Origin: Candidatus Desulfaltia bathyphila | GTDB lineage: Bacteria; Desulfobacterota; Desulfobacteria; Desulfobacterales; ETH-SRB1 | Reading direction: 5' to 3' | Assembly: GCA_014381545.1 (NCBI GenBank) | Contig: JACNLL010000035.1 | Coordinates: 1,741-65,740, forward strand | DNA length: 64,000 nucleotides | Shown: piece by piece, positions 9,841 through 18,962 of the stretch | How the letters are laid out: each line of letters begins with the position of its first letter | Numbering within the stretch: the first letter of the stretch is position 1 | Notes under the pieces: model-generated | The model's input: the letters and a program-made list of their open reading frames with translations, nothing else | Told to the model about the DNA's origin: nothing | Databases searched by the model: none | Translations under genes and position numbers: made by a program

Positions 9841-11085
9841 ATGACTTTTGAATATTTCATAGGCAACCGCTATCTGAGGGTAAAACAAACCTTCGTTTCA
9901 TTAATTACAATTCTTTCCGTAGCAGGCATTACTATAGGTGTCATGGCCCTTATTATAGTAATTGCCGTTATGTCTGGCGCGGAGTCTGAATTCAAGTCCC
10001 GTATTCTTGGTGTTGAATCGCATGTTATGATAATGCGTTATGGCAGTGCATTTACAGATTACCGCCGGATAATTAAAGATATTGAAAAAATCGACGGGGT
10101 AAAAACAGCATCCCCTTATGTTTTCAGTCAGATTATGCTTCGTTCGTCATCCCGGGTATCAGGGGCTGTTTTAAGAGGGATAGATCCTGGATCTGCCGGT
10201 CAGGCAATAAAAAGTCTTGACAAAACTTTTCTGGAACAAAGATTAACAAAAAGTCAGAATGCAGGCGCGTCCGCCTTTGTGCCGGGAATCATTTTAGGCC
10301 GGGAGCTTGCCCGGAATTTAGGTGTAATGGAAAACGATATTATTTATCTGATTTCACCGAGGGGAATGATTTCTCCTGTTGGGCATATACCTGCAATGAA
10401 ACGATTCAGGGTAACAGGTCTTTTCGAGTCCGGGATGTATGAATATGATACATCTCTTGCTTACGTACACATAAAAGACGCGCAGTCTATCCTGCATATT
10501 GGAGACTCGGTAACCAATATCGGTGTTCGTGTAAAGGATATTTACAAAGCCGATAATATAGCGGAAAATATAGCGGGAAATCTTAACCAGAAATATAAAA
10601 CCGGGTCATATTGGGCCAGGGACTGGATGCAGATGAATCGCAACCTTTTTTCTGCGCTTAAACTCGAAAAAAAGGCCATGTTTATTATTTTGACTCTTAT
10701 TGTTCTTGTCGCGGCCTTTAATATTGCAAGCTCACTTATTATGATGGTTATGGGAAAAACAAAAGATATCGCCATGTTAAAGGCCATGGGCGCAACCAAC
10801 AAGAGCATTAAAAAGATTTTTGTGTTCAAAGGGATGATTGTCGGTCTAACAGGCACAGTTCTCGGGATGTGTCTGGGACTAACAGGATGTATATTGCTTG
10901 AACATTACAAGTTCATCAAGCTTCCGGGCGATGTGTACTATTTTACTACCCTGCCTGTGAAACTTGAGGCATTAGATGTTTTTGTTATCGTCTCCGCCGC
11001 CATGATAATCTGTTACCTGGCGACGCTCTATCCGGCGCGCCAGGCGTCAAAGCTTAATCCTGTTGAGGCGATCCGTTATGGTTGA
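9841..11085 (+). CDS. Lipoprotein-releasing ABC transporter permease (LolC/LolE family)
   Basis: 414 aa of the MacB/FtsX-type permease family with a LolC/E-like N-terminus (IGNRYLR...). It is followed by lolD. Confidence 0.9.
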   Translation: MTFEYFIGNRYLRVKQTFVSLITILSVAGITIGVMALIIVIAVMSGAESEFKSRILGVESHVMIMRYGSAFTDYRRIIKDIEKIDGVKTASPYVFSQIMLRSSSRVSGAVLRGIDPGSAGQAIKSLDKTFLEQRLTKSQNAGASAFVPGIILGRELARNLGVMENDIIYLISPRGMISPVGHIPAMKRFRVTGLFESGMYEYDTSLAYVHIKDAQSILHIGDSVTNIGVRVKDIYKADNIAENIAGNLNQKYKTGSYWARDWMQMNRNLFSALKLEKKAMFIILTLIVLVAAFNIASSLIMMVMGKTKDIAMLKAMGATNKSIKKIFVFKGMIVGLTGTVLGMCLGLTGCILLEHYKFIKLPGDVYYFTTLPVKLEALDVFVIVSAAMIICYLATLYPARQASKLNPVEAIRYG

Positions 11086-11779
11086 CAATCAGACCGGCAG
11101 TCAGTCTCATTTAATAAGCGCCAGGGGCTTAAGCAAGAGTTTCAGCAACAACGGTATAAGGATCGAAATATTAAAATCCATTAACCTTGATTTAGATGCA
11201 GGAGAAACAATATCCATTGTCGGAGCCTCGGGTATCGGCAAATCCACACTTCTCCATATACTTGGCACTCTCGACCGGCCGGATAGCGGAACATTTCTTT
11301 TTCAAGACAAAGATGTCCTGCTTTTTGATGATGAAAAGCTTGCAAGGTTTCGAAATGAATCCATTGGCTTTGTCTTTCAGTTTCATCACCTGCTTCCTGA
11401 ATTCAGCGCTGTGGAAAACACGATGATGCCGGCTCTTATAAGAGGGGTGAGCAAGAAAGAAGCGAGAGAGGCTGCAGAGACAATTCTTGTCAGGGTGGGG
11501 CTTAAAGACAGATTGTCATACAGGGTAAATAAACTTTCAGGCGGAGAACAGCAACGGGTCGCCCTGGCAAGGGCTCTGGTTTTAAAGCCGGTTATCCTTT
11601 TAGCAGATGAACCCACAGGCAATCTTGATGAAAAGAACAAAAGCCATGTTCACGATCTGCTTCTGGGATTAAACCAGGAATTAGGCATGACACTGGTTGT
11701 GGTTACACACAACATGGAGCTTGCATCATATATGTCACGTATCGTAACCATAATCGACGGGCAGCTGGTAAAAACTTAA
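11078..11779 (+). CDS. lolD: Lipoprotein-releasing ABC transporter ATP-binding protein
   Basis: Walker [10 protein letters not shown], signature LSGGEQQR and Walker B ILLADEPT. The ATG overlaps the permease stop (ATGGTTGA). Confidence 0.9.
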   Translation: MVDNQTGSQSHLISARGLSKSFSNNGIRIEILKSINLDLDAGETISIVGASGIGKSTLLHILGTLDRPDSGTFLFQDKDVLLFDDEKLARFRNESIGFVFQFHHLLPEFSAVENTMMPALIRGVSKKEAREAAETILVRVGLKDRLSYRVNKLSGGEQQRVALARALVLKPVILLADEPTGNLDEKNKSHVHDLLLGLNQELGMTLVVVTHNMELASYMSRIVTIIDGQLVKT

Positions 11780-11793
11780 TTAAGGTGTTTAAT

Positions 11794-14439
11794 ATGTATA
11801 GATTTTTAAGCCTGCTAATAACTGCAACGATTTTTCTTTTGCCGAATGCCGCATATTCTCAAAGATCGGTGAGCATTGTCATACTGCCTTTTGAAATATA
11901 TTCGCAGGAGGATCTTTCATATCTTAAAACCGAAATTCCGGATGTAATTAAAAAACACCTTAAACAGGATGGAGCCAATGTAATTGTTCTGGAATCTATT
12001 TCCGGTTTGCCCGATTATCTGGGTGAAGAAACCGCCGCAGGCATGGATGCAATTAGAAATATTGGCGTAAAAAATGGCGCTGATTATGTTGTTTGGGGAA
12101 GTTTTACACGGATAGGGCAAAAATTCAGTCTGGATGCAAAGATGATTGAATCTTTTGGGCAAAGTCCTCCGAAGATTTTCTATGTCGAGGGGAAAGGGAT
12201 AGAAAATCTCCTTGGATCTGTGGAGGAGCTTGCCGGTGACCTTGGCATAAAGCTTTTTAAGAGGGAAAAGATAGCGGAAATACTCGTGGCCGGCAACAAG
12301 CGTATAGAGGCCGATGCGATTAAAAAAATCATCGAAACTTCGCCTGGAGATGTCTTTCTTGCAAAAAATCTTGCCGGAGATCTTAAATCAATATTTTCAA
12401 TGGGATATTTCGATGATGTAAGAATCGAGGCGGACGATGGGCCAAAAGGAAAGATAATTACCTTCAGGGTAAAGGAAAAACCGACCATCAGGGTAATTCG
12501 GATAAAAGGCAACAAGGTGTTTGACGATGAAGAGATAATGGAAAATTTAAACATCAGGACAGGCTCGATTCTGAATATATTCAAAGTGCGCAGTAATATT
12601 GAACGGATAGAGGAGTTATATAAAAATAAAAATTATCATAATGTAAAGGTGGTCTATAATATACATGAGCTTGAACACAATCAGGCTGATCTTGAATTTA
12701 TTGTCAAAGAGGGTGAAAAGGTAAGAATAAAAAGGATAATATTTGAAGGAAATAAAAAATATTCCAGCAAAAAGCTGAAAGGGATGATGAAGTCGTCTGA
12801 AAAAGGTTTCTTTTCATGGCTGACATCATCAGGAGAGCTTAATAAGGAAGACCTGAGCCAGGATGTTGCCATGCTTTCCGCTTTTTATCATAATAATGGT
12901 TATATCCAGGCCAGGGTCGGGGAGCCGGATATTGAATACAAAGATAATTGGATTGATATTACAATAAAAATTTTTGAAGGACCGCAGTTTATGGTCGGAA
13001 ATGTCGATATTGCGGGCGACATAATATTATCTAAAGAGGAATTGGAAAAAAATCTTAAAATTATTAGGGAAAAATTTTATAATCGTGAAGTCGTGAGAAA
13101 CGACGTGCTCGTCCTTACCGATATTTATTCTGACGAAGGTTATGCATATGCTGAGATATTCCCACGCATAGAGGAAAACCTGGAAAAATCACAGGTCAAC
13201 ATTACCTATAGCATTGACAAGGGCAAGCAGGTATATTTTGAAAAAATTATTATCAGCGGCAATACAAAAACCAGGGATAAGGTTATTCGCCGTCAGCTTA
13301 AGGTGTATGAACAGGAGATTTACAGCGGCCGGAGATTAAAACGAGGGGTGCGCAATCTGTACCGGCTTGATTATTTTGAAGACATAAAGGTTAATACTTC
13401 AAAGGGAAGCTCCGACGACAGGATGGTTTTGAATGTGGATGTTACTGAAAAGCCGACCGGCATGCTCAGCTTTGGAGGTGGTTACAGTAATGTCGAAAAT
13501 TTCTTTGCCATGGCGGCAATTGCCCAGAAGAATCTTTTTGGACGCGGTCAGATTCTTCAGCTAAAGGCACAGCTAGGAGGCAAGACAACAAGATACACCC
13601 TGAGTTTTACCGAACCGTGGCTGTTTGATATTCCTCTGTCGGCAGGCATCGATCTTTACGACTGGCAAATGAATTATGATACCTACGATAAGGATAGCAG
13701 AGGGATCGGCTTTAGATTCAGCTATCCTGTTTTTGATTTTACACGGGCATATTTATCCTATGCCTTCGACGTAAGCAATATAAAAAATATAAGCGAGGCA
13801 TATGCTTCAGATCTTGTCAAGGAGTCGAAAGGAGAAAATACAAAAAGCAGTATATCAACAGCCTTGAGATATGATTCAAGGGACAGGATTTTTAACCCCA
13901 CAAAGGGATCGCAGTACAGTATAAGTGTGCAATATGCCGGTATTGGAGGGGAAATAGGTTTTACAAAATATCTGGCTGAAACAGGATGGTATTTCCCATT
14001 ATTTAAGGGAACAGTGGGTTTTCTGCACGCCAGAACCGGGTATGTCAACAGAAATTCCAAGAAGAAACTTTTTGATTATGACAAGTTTTACCTTGGCGGC
14101 ATGAATTCGCTGCGTGGTTTTGACTGGCGTGATGTAAGCCCCACAGATGAAAATGGCGACAAGATCGGAGGCAATAAGTTCGTCCAGTTTAATGCTGAAT
14201 ATATAATCCCTTTGCTCAAAAAAGCGGGCATTGTCGGCGTTGTTTTTTATGATGCAGGAGATGTATATAGCAACAGCGAAAATATTAATCTGGGCGACCT
14301 GCGTCAAAGCGCCGGATACGGCTTCAGGTGGTATTCACCCTTAGGTCCTATCAGGCTTGAGAATGGATATATTCTTGATCCAAAAGAAGGAGAAAACAGG
14401 GGTGGAAGATGGGAATTTACTATGGGAACGGCATTTTAA
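11794..14439 (+). CDS. bamA: Outer membrane protein assembly factor BamA
   Basis: About 880 aa with a signal peptide, POTRA repeats and a C-terminal Omp85 barrel ending in F. It is followed by skp and lpxD, as in many diderms. Confidence 0.95.
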   Translation: MYRFLSLLITATIFLLPNAAYSQRSVSIVILPFEIYSQEDLSYLKTEIPDVIKKHLKQDGANVIVLESISGLPDYLGEETAAGMDAIRNIGVKNGADYVVWGSFTRIGQKFSLDAKMIESFGQSPPKIFYVEGKGIENLLGSVEELAGDLGIKLFKREKIAEILVAGNKRIEADAIKKIIETSPGDVFLAKNLAGDLKSIFSMGYFDDVRIEADDGPKGKIITFRVKEKPTIRVIRIKGNKVFDDEEIMENLNIRTGSILNIFKVRSNIERIEELYKNKNYHNVKVVYNIHELEHNQADLEFIVKEGEKVRIKRIIFEGNKKYSSKKLKGMMKSSEKGFFSWLTSSGELNKEDLSQDVAMLSAFYHNNGYIQARVGEPDIEYKDNWIDITIKIFEGPQFMVGNVDIAGDIILSKEELEKNLKIIREKFYNREVVRNDVLVLTDIYSDEGYAYAEIFPRIEENLEKSQVNITYSIDKGKQVYFEKIIISGNTKTRDKVIRRQLKVYEQEIYSGRRLKRGVRNLYRLDYFEDIKVNTSKGSSDDRMVLNVDVTEKPTGMLSFGGGYSNVENFFAMAAIAQKNLFGRGQILQLKAQLGGKTTRYTLSFTEPWLFDIPLSAGIDLYDWQMNYDTYDKDSRGIGFRFSYPVFDFTRAYLSYAFDVSNIKNISEAYASDLVKESKGENTKSSISTALRYDSRDRIFNPTKGSQYSISVQYAGIGGEIGFTKYLAETGWYFPLFKGTVGFLHARTGYVNRNSKKKLFDYDKFYLGGMNSLRGFDWRDVSPTDENGDKIGGNKFVQFNAEYIIPLLKKAGIVGVVFYDAGDVYSNSENINLGDLRQSAGYGFRWYSPLGPIRLENGYILDPKEGENRGGRWEFTMGTAF

Positions 14440-14440
14440 A

Positions 14441-14702
14441 AGCGTTAGACGGTAATGGCCAAAATAAATTTTTAAAGCGAAATATTATACCTTAAGCTTC
14501 GACAACGGCACCAATAACAAACATTAAGACAATGCTTGAAACCACGTATGAGTTCAGTATGTTATATATCCCTTGTGCCTGTCCTTGGCACAAGTCGTGG
14601 AGTGCTGGTTAAAAAAGACAAATAAATCATTTCGCTTAAAAAATTGAATTTGGCTCATTTACCGCCTTGACTTTGATAAAAATCAAGGGTGTGAAACTCG
14701 AG
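14441..14702 (+). mobile_element. MITE-like element, copy 2 (left terminus missing)
   Basis: Homology to copy 1 starts directly after the bamA stop. The right TIR, GGGTGTGAAACTCGAG (14687-14702), is degenerate. Confidence 0.65.
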
Positions 14703-14760
14703 TAAATTAATTCAACATTCAACATTTAAAATTAGAGCGAAGCGTTAAAGGGGTGATGAA

Positions 14761-15291
14761 ATGAAAATTAGGAAAATTGCTTTTATTGCAATAAGCTTTA
14801 TATTTTTTTCTGCTGGTTATTCATACAGCGCGGATGTCGCCAAAATAGGGGTAATTGATTTTCAGAGAATTCTTGAAACTTCAAGCACCGGCAAATCGGC
14901 ACAGTCTGAAATTAATAAAAAAGGAAAAAAAATGGAGGCTGAGCTTAAGGCAAAAGGCGCTGCAATAGAAGAAATCCAGAAGAAGCTTGAACGTGACGCG
15001 CTGGTTATGAGCAAGGAGATGCGTGACGAGAAAGGACGGGAAGTCAGAATAAAGATAAACGACATAAAGGTGCTTCAAAAGAAATATTTATCCGAGTTCA
15101 GGGAGCTTGAAAACAGGCTTGTTACGCGCATAAAAAAGGATGTTCTGGGCCTTGTTAAAGAGATTGGAAAAAAGGAAGGCTATCTTTTGATAATTGAAAA
15201 AGCCGGTGTGCTGTACTATCCGAATGCCATAGATTTAACAGACAAATTAATCCGGATGTATAATAAAAGAGAAGCCGGTAAGAAAAAGTAA
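14761..15291 (+). CDS. skp: Periplasmic chaperone Skp/OmpH
   Basis: 176 aa with a signal peptide and a lysine/glutamate-rich coiled coil. It sits between bamA and lpxD. Confidence 0.85.
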   Translation: MKIRKIAFIAISFIFFSAGYSYSADVAKIGVIDFQRILETSSTGKSAQSEINKKGKKMEAELKAKGAAIEEIQKKLERDALVMSKEMRDEKGREVRIKINDIKVLQKKYLSEFRELENRLVTRIKKDVLGLVKEIGKKEGYLLIIEKAGVLYYPNAIDLTDKLIRMYNKREAGKKK

Positions 15292-15389
15292 GGGATCAGA
15301 GGTCAGAGGTCAGAGGCCGGAGGTCAGATGTCAGAAGTCAGAGGTCAGAAGTCAGAGGTCGGAAGTCAGAGGCCGGAAGTCAGAAGTCA
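15292..15389 (+). repeat. Heptanucleotide tandem array (GAGGTCA/GAAGTCA), 14 units
   Basis: Read directly. The array begins at the nucleotide after the skp stop codon. Confidence 0.9.
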
Positions 15390-15483
15390 GGGATTTTGAA
15401 CCGCAGAACCGCAGAACAAGGAACCGCAGAATATCGAAGCGCTTGAATACTTCATAATTTTAAAGAGCGGAGCGACATCATTA

Positions 15484-15553
15484 TTCGATGTTCGATGTTG
15501 GACGTTCGATGTTGGGCGTTCATCTTTTAATATGTTCGATATTCGATATTCAG
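15484..15553 (+). repeat. Heptanucleotide tandem arrays (TTCGATG / TTCGATA), preceded by AACCGCAG x3 at about 15406-15436
   Basis: Read directly: TTCGATG TTCGATG TTGGACG TTCGATG TTGGGCG ... TTCGATA TTCGATA. Confidence 0.85.
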
Positions 15554-15587
15554 ATAGAGGCTCAGGAGTTCGAGGAATATATTACGT

Positions 15588-16640
15588 ATGGAAATACTGC
15601 TTTCCAGGATAGGAGAAGTTGTCGAAGGCAAGCTGTCCGGCGGCTATGATAAAATTATTTGTGGAGCAGCCCCTTTTGATATGGCTACCCGGGAGGATAT
15701 TACTTTTGCCGATAGCGCAAAATTTTTAAAAAAGATAGATAAAACCGATGCTGGGGCCGTTATTGTTCCGAAAAATTTTACAAGATCTTCAAAACTAACT
15801 GTTATGGTGGAAAATCCCAGGGTTGCTTTTGCAAAGGTTTTAGCCCTTTTTCATCCCTCTGCAAAACCGGCATATCTCAACAGCTCAGCCGGAATATCTT
15901 CAAATGCCTATATCGGCAAAAATTTCCTGTGCGGCAAGGATATTTCTATCGCCCCTTTTGCCGTGATTCAAAATAATGTTACGATAGGCGACCGTGTAAT
16001 TATTCATCCAAACGCAGTAATCGAGGATAATGTTGTAATCGGAAATGATGTGGAGATTTATCCTAATGCGACTATCCTTGAGCGCTGCAAAATAGGAAAC
16101 AGGGTAATAATTCATGCCGGCACGGTTATAGGAAGTGATGGTTTTGGTTTTGCCCCTGATGGGGAAAGCTATTTTAAAATCCCCCAAACAGGCATTGTCC
16201 AGATAGATGATGATGTGGAAATCGGCGCCAACAACGCAATCGACAGGGCTACATTTGGTAAAACCAGGATTTGCAGAGGAGTTAAGACAGACAACCTGGT
16301 TCATATTGCCCATAATGTGACGGTTGGCGAAGATAGCGTAATTGTGGCGCAGGTCGGGATTTCCGGAAGCGTAACAATCGGCAGACACGCCATATTAGCC
16401 GGGCAGGCAGGAATTGCAGGGCATATCACCTTAGGGGATAATGTGACGATTGGACCGCAGGCCGGGGTTGCCGCATCTGTACAAAGCGATCAGGTTATGT
16501 CAGGTTCGCCGGAAATGCCGCATAGATTATGGCTCAGGGTGCAAAGGATTATATGCAGGCTTCCTGAGCTGAAAAAAAAGCTTTCTGAAATAGAAAAGAA
16601 ATTGGACAGGATTAAGGAGGGTATGAAACTTGACTTATAA
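15588..16640 (+). CDS. lpxD: UDP-3-O-(3-hydroxyacyl)glucosamine N-acyltransferase
   Basis: 350 aa with left-handed beta-helix hexapeptide repeats, in the lpxD-fabZ-lpxA context. Confidence 0.95.
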   Translation: MEILLSRIGEVVEGKLSGGYDKIICGAAPFDMATREDITFADSAKFLKKIDKTDAGAVIVPKNFTRSSKLTVMVENPRVAFAKVLALFHPSAKPAYLNSSAGISSNAYIGKNFLCGKDISIAPFAVIQNNVTIGDRVIIHPNAVIEDNVVIGNDVEIYPNATILERCKIGNRVIIHAGTVIGSDGFGFAPDGESYFKIPQTGIVQIDDDVEIGANNAIDRATFGKTRICRGVKTDNLVHIAHNVTVGEDSVIVAQVGISGSVTIGRHAILAGQAGIAGHITLGDNVTIGPQAGVAASVQSDQVMSGSPEMPHRLWLRVQRIICRLPELKKKLSEIEKKLDRIKEGMKLDL

Positions 16641-17070
16641 TATTCAGGAAATAATGGATTTTCTGCCGCACAGGTATCCTTTTATTATGATTGATCGGAT
16701 ACTTGAGATTGTTCCTGATGAAAAAATTGCTGCTCTTAAAAACGTAACCATAAACGAGCCTTTTTTTCAGGGGCATTTTCCCGGAACTCCGATTATGCCC
16801 GGAGTGCTAATAGTGGAAGCAATGGCCCAGGCTGGCGGAGTGCTTGCTTCTGCATCCCTGCCTAAGGAAAAGCAAGGCGCTCTTATATATTTTATGGGGA
16901 TAGACAAAGTAAAATTTCGAAAGCCCGTTGTGCCCGGAGATCAGCTTGTTATTGAGGTGCAAATCCTGAAACAGAGATTAAAGGCAATCAAGATGTCCGC
17001 AATAGCTACAGTTGATAAAAAGATTGTGGCTGAAGCTGAATTAATGGCTACTTTTGGAGATAAATCATGA
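16630..17070 (+). CDS. fabZ: 3-hydroxyacyl-ACP dehydratase FabZ
   Basis: LPHRYPFIMIDRI and FFQGHFPG..IMPGVL are FabZ hot-dog signatures. The start is TTG at 16630 or an ATG slightly downstream. Confidence 0.95.
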   Translation: MTYNIQEIMDFLPHRYPFIMIDRILEIVPDEKIAALKNVTINEPFFQGHFPGTPIMPGVLIVEAMAQAGGVLASASLPKEKQGALIYFMGIDKVKFRKPVVPGDQLVIEVQILKQRLKAIKMSAIATVDKKIVAEAELMATFGDKS

Positions 17071-17837
17071 TACATTCGACGGCAATTATTAATCCTAAAG
17101 CAGAGATAAATTCAAATGTAGAAATAGGGCCATACTCGATTATCGGGGAGAATGTTTTTATAGGATCCGGAACAGTTATAGGCCCCCACGTTGTTGTCGA
17201 CCCTTATGTTACTATAGGCGCTGATTGTAATATATTTCAGTATGCCGCCATAGGCGCGCCTCCACAGTCTTTAAAATTCGAGGGGGGAAAAACCTATGTT
17301 AAAATCGGACGCGGCACTATTGTGCGTGAGTTTGTCACAATCCACAGGGGAACTGAATTCGGCGGAGGGATAACAGAGGTTGGTGAAGAAAACCTTTTGA
17401 TGGCCTATACCCATATAGCCCATGACTGCAAAACAGGCCGAAAGGTTGTTTTGGCTAACAATGCGACACTCGCCGGACATATAACAATAGGAGACAACGC
17501 GACTATCGGCGGGCTTGTAGCAATTCACCAGTTTGTAAGGATAGGCGATTATGCATTTATTGGAGGAAAATCGGCGGTCGTAAAGGATATTCCGCCTTAT
17601 GTTATAGCTTCAGGAGACAGGGCAAAACTGCACGGATTAAACAGCGTGGGATTAAAACGGCATAATTTTTCTAAAGAAACATTATCATCATTAAAAAAAA
17701 CCTACAGGATTATTTTCCGGATCGGGCTTACCATGAATGAAGCTATGGAAAGGGTGCGCGCAGAGGTGGAACAGATTCCGGAAGTCATCGGTTTTATCGA
17801 TTTCATAAAATCATCCCAGAGAGGGATTACAAGGTAG
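17067..17837 (+). CDS. lpxA: UDP-N-acetylglucosamine O-acyltransferase
   Basis: 256 aa with hexapeptide repeats and an LpxA C-terminal helical domain. Confidence 0.95.
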   Translation: MIHSTAIINPKAEINSNVEIGPYSIIGENVFIGSGTVIGPHVVVDPYVTIGADCNIFQYAAIGAPPQSLKFEGGKTYVKIGRGTIVREFVTIHRGTEFGGGITEVGEENLLMAYTHIAHDCKTGRKVVLANNATLAGHITIGDNATIGGLVAIHQFVRIGDYAFIGGKSAVVKDIPPYVIASGDRAKLHGLNSVGLKRHNFSKETLSSLKKTYRIIFRIGLTMNEAMERVRAEVEQIPEVIGFIDFIKSSQRGITR

Positions 17838-18667
17838 TGGTCGACAAAACTATGAGAATAGGCCTAATTGCAGGGAGCGGTCAGTTCCCTATTATTTTTT
17901 CCAGGGCGGCAAAATCAAAAGGATTTGCCGTTTATGCGGCAGCTTATCTAAATGAAACAGATCCCGTCCTGAAAGAGCATGTTGAAGCGATAGAGTGGAT
18001 GCATATAGGACAGATTAAACGGCTAATAATGTTTTTTAAAAAAAATAATATCAGCAAAGCCGTTATGATGGGCGCCATAAAAAAAACAAAGATGTTCTCT
18101 GATGTAAGGCCTGATATGAAAGCAATTGCTTTGATTGCAAAGATGAGACACACCCATGACAATCGGATTTTAAGCGGATTTGCAGAGATCCTTGAGAAAG
18201 AGGGGATTAAAATACAGGCTTCAACATTTTTACTTCCCGATCTTTTGGCGCAAAAAGGATGCTGGACCAAACGAAAGCCAACCAGATCCGAAAAGGCCGA
18301 CATCAGACTGGGCTGGAATCTTGCTAAGGAAATCGGACGTCTTGATATAGGCCAATGCGTTGTGGTCGGTGGTGGATCGGTTCTTGCCGTTGAGGCTATT
18401 GATGGAACAGATGCCACAATAAAAAGAGGTGGAAAACTGGCCAGGGGAATTGCCGTTGTTGTTAAAGTGTGCAAGCCTAATCAGGATATAAGGTTTGATG
18501 TTCCTGCTGTGGGAGTTCAAACAATAAAGACAATGCATGAGGCAGGAGCAGGAACGCTGACCATTGAAGCAGGTAAAGCGATTGTCTTTGACAGGCAGGA
18601 AATGATTGACCTTGCGAATAAACACGGCATTTCAATTGTTGCCTTAGATGATGGGGATGGCCTTTAG
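17837..18667 (+). CDS. lpxI: UDP-2,3-diacylglucosamine pyrophosphatase LpxI (DUF1009)
   Basis: The N-terminus MRIGLIAGSGQFP and the position between lpxA and lpxB match the LpxI family. The start is GTG at 17837 or ATG at 17852. Confidence 0.85.
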   Translation: MVDKTMRIGLIAGSGQFPIIFSRAAKSKGFAVYAAAYLNETDPVLKEHVEAIEWMHIGQIKRLIMFFKKNNISKAVMMGAIKKTKMFSDVRPDMKAIALIAKMRHTHDNRILSGFAEILEKEGIKIQASTFLLPDLLAQKGCWTKRKPTRSEKADIRLGWNLAKEIGRLDIGQCVVVGGGSVLAVEAIDGTDATIKRGGKLARGIAVVVKVCKPNQDIRFDVPAVGVQTIKTMHEAGAGTLTIEAGKAIVFDRQEMIDLANKHGISIVALDDGDGL

Positions 18668-18750
18668 AGGTCAGAGGTCAGAGATCAGAGGTCAGAGGTC
18701 AGAGGTCAGAGGTCAGAAGTCAGAGGTCAGAGGTCTGAAGTCAGAGGTCT
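18667..18750 (+). repeat. Heptanucleotide tandem array (GAGGTCA), 12 units
   Basis: Read directly. The first unit shares its G with the lpxI TAG stop. Confidence 0.9.
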
Positions 18751-18778
18751 GAACGATTAAGAAATTTAATCCTGAATT

Positions 18779-18920
18779 TTGATGAATTCGCAAAAAGTCA
18801 TTCCCCAAGTCATTGCGAGGAGCAAAGCGACGTGGCAATCTTGTGGCTTATCAATGTGTTATGAGATTGCTTCGCTTCGCTCGCAATGACATGTTTTTGG
18901 ACTTTTTACGAGTTTATCAA
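18779..18920. repeat. Nested palindromic REP-like element
   Basis: Outer arms are TTGATGAATTCGCAAAAAGTC and GACTTTTTACGAGTTTATCAA. Inner arms are GTCATTGCGAG and CTCGCAATGAC. The core is near-identical to 34633-34690. Confidence 0.8.
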
Positions 18921-18962
18921 TCCTGTTAATCCTGTCAAAAAAGTTTTTTTGAAAGATCTAAA

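Noticed and set aside
15292-15389. Tandem 7-8-nt arrays, here and at 18667, 21071, 21992, 23911, 27823, 29317 and 56065, considered as possible CRISPR arrays.
   Set aside because: The units are contiguous with no spacers and are far too short for CRISPR repeats. They are simple tandem repeats.
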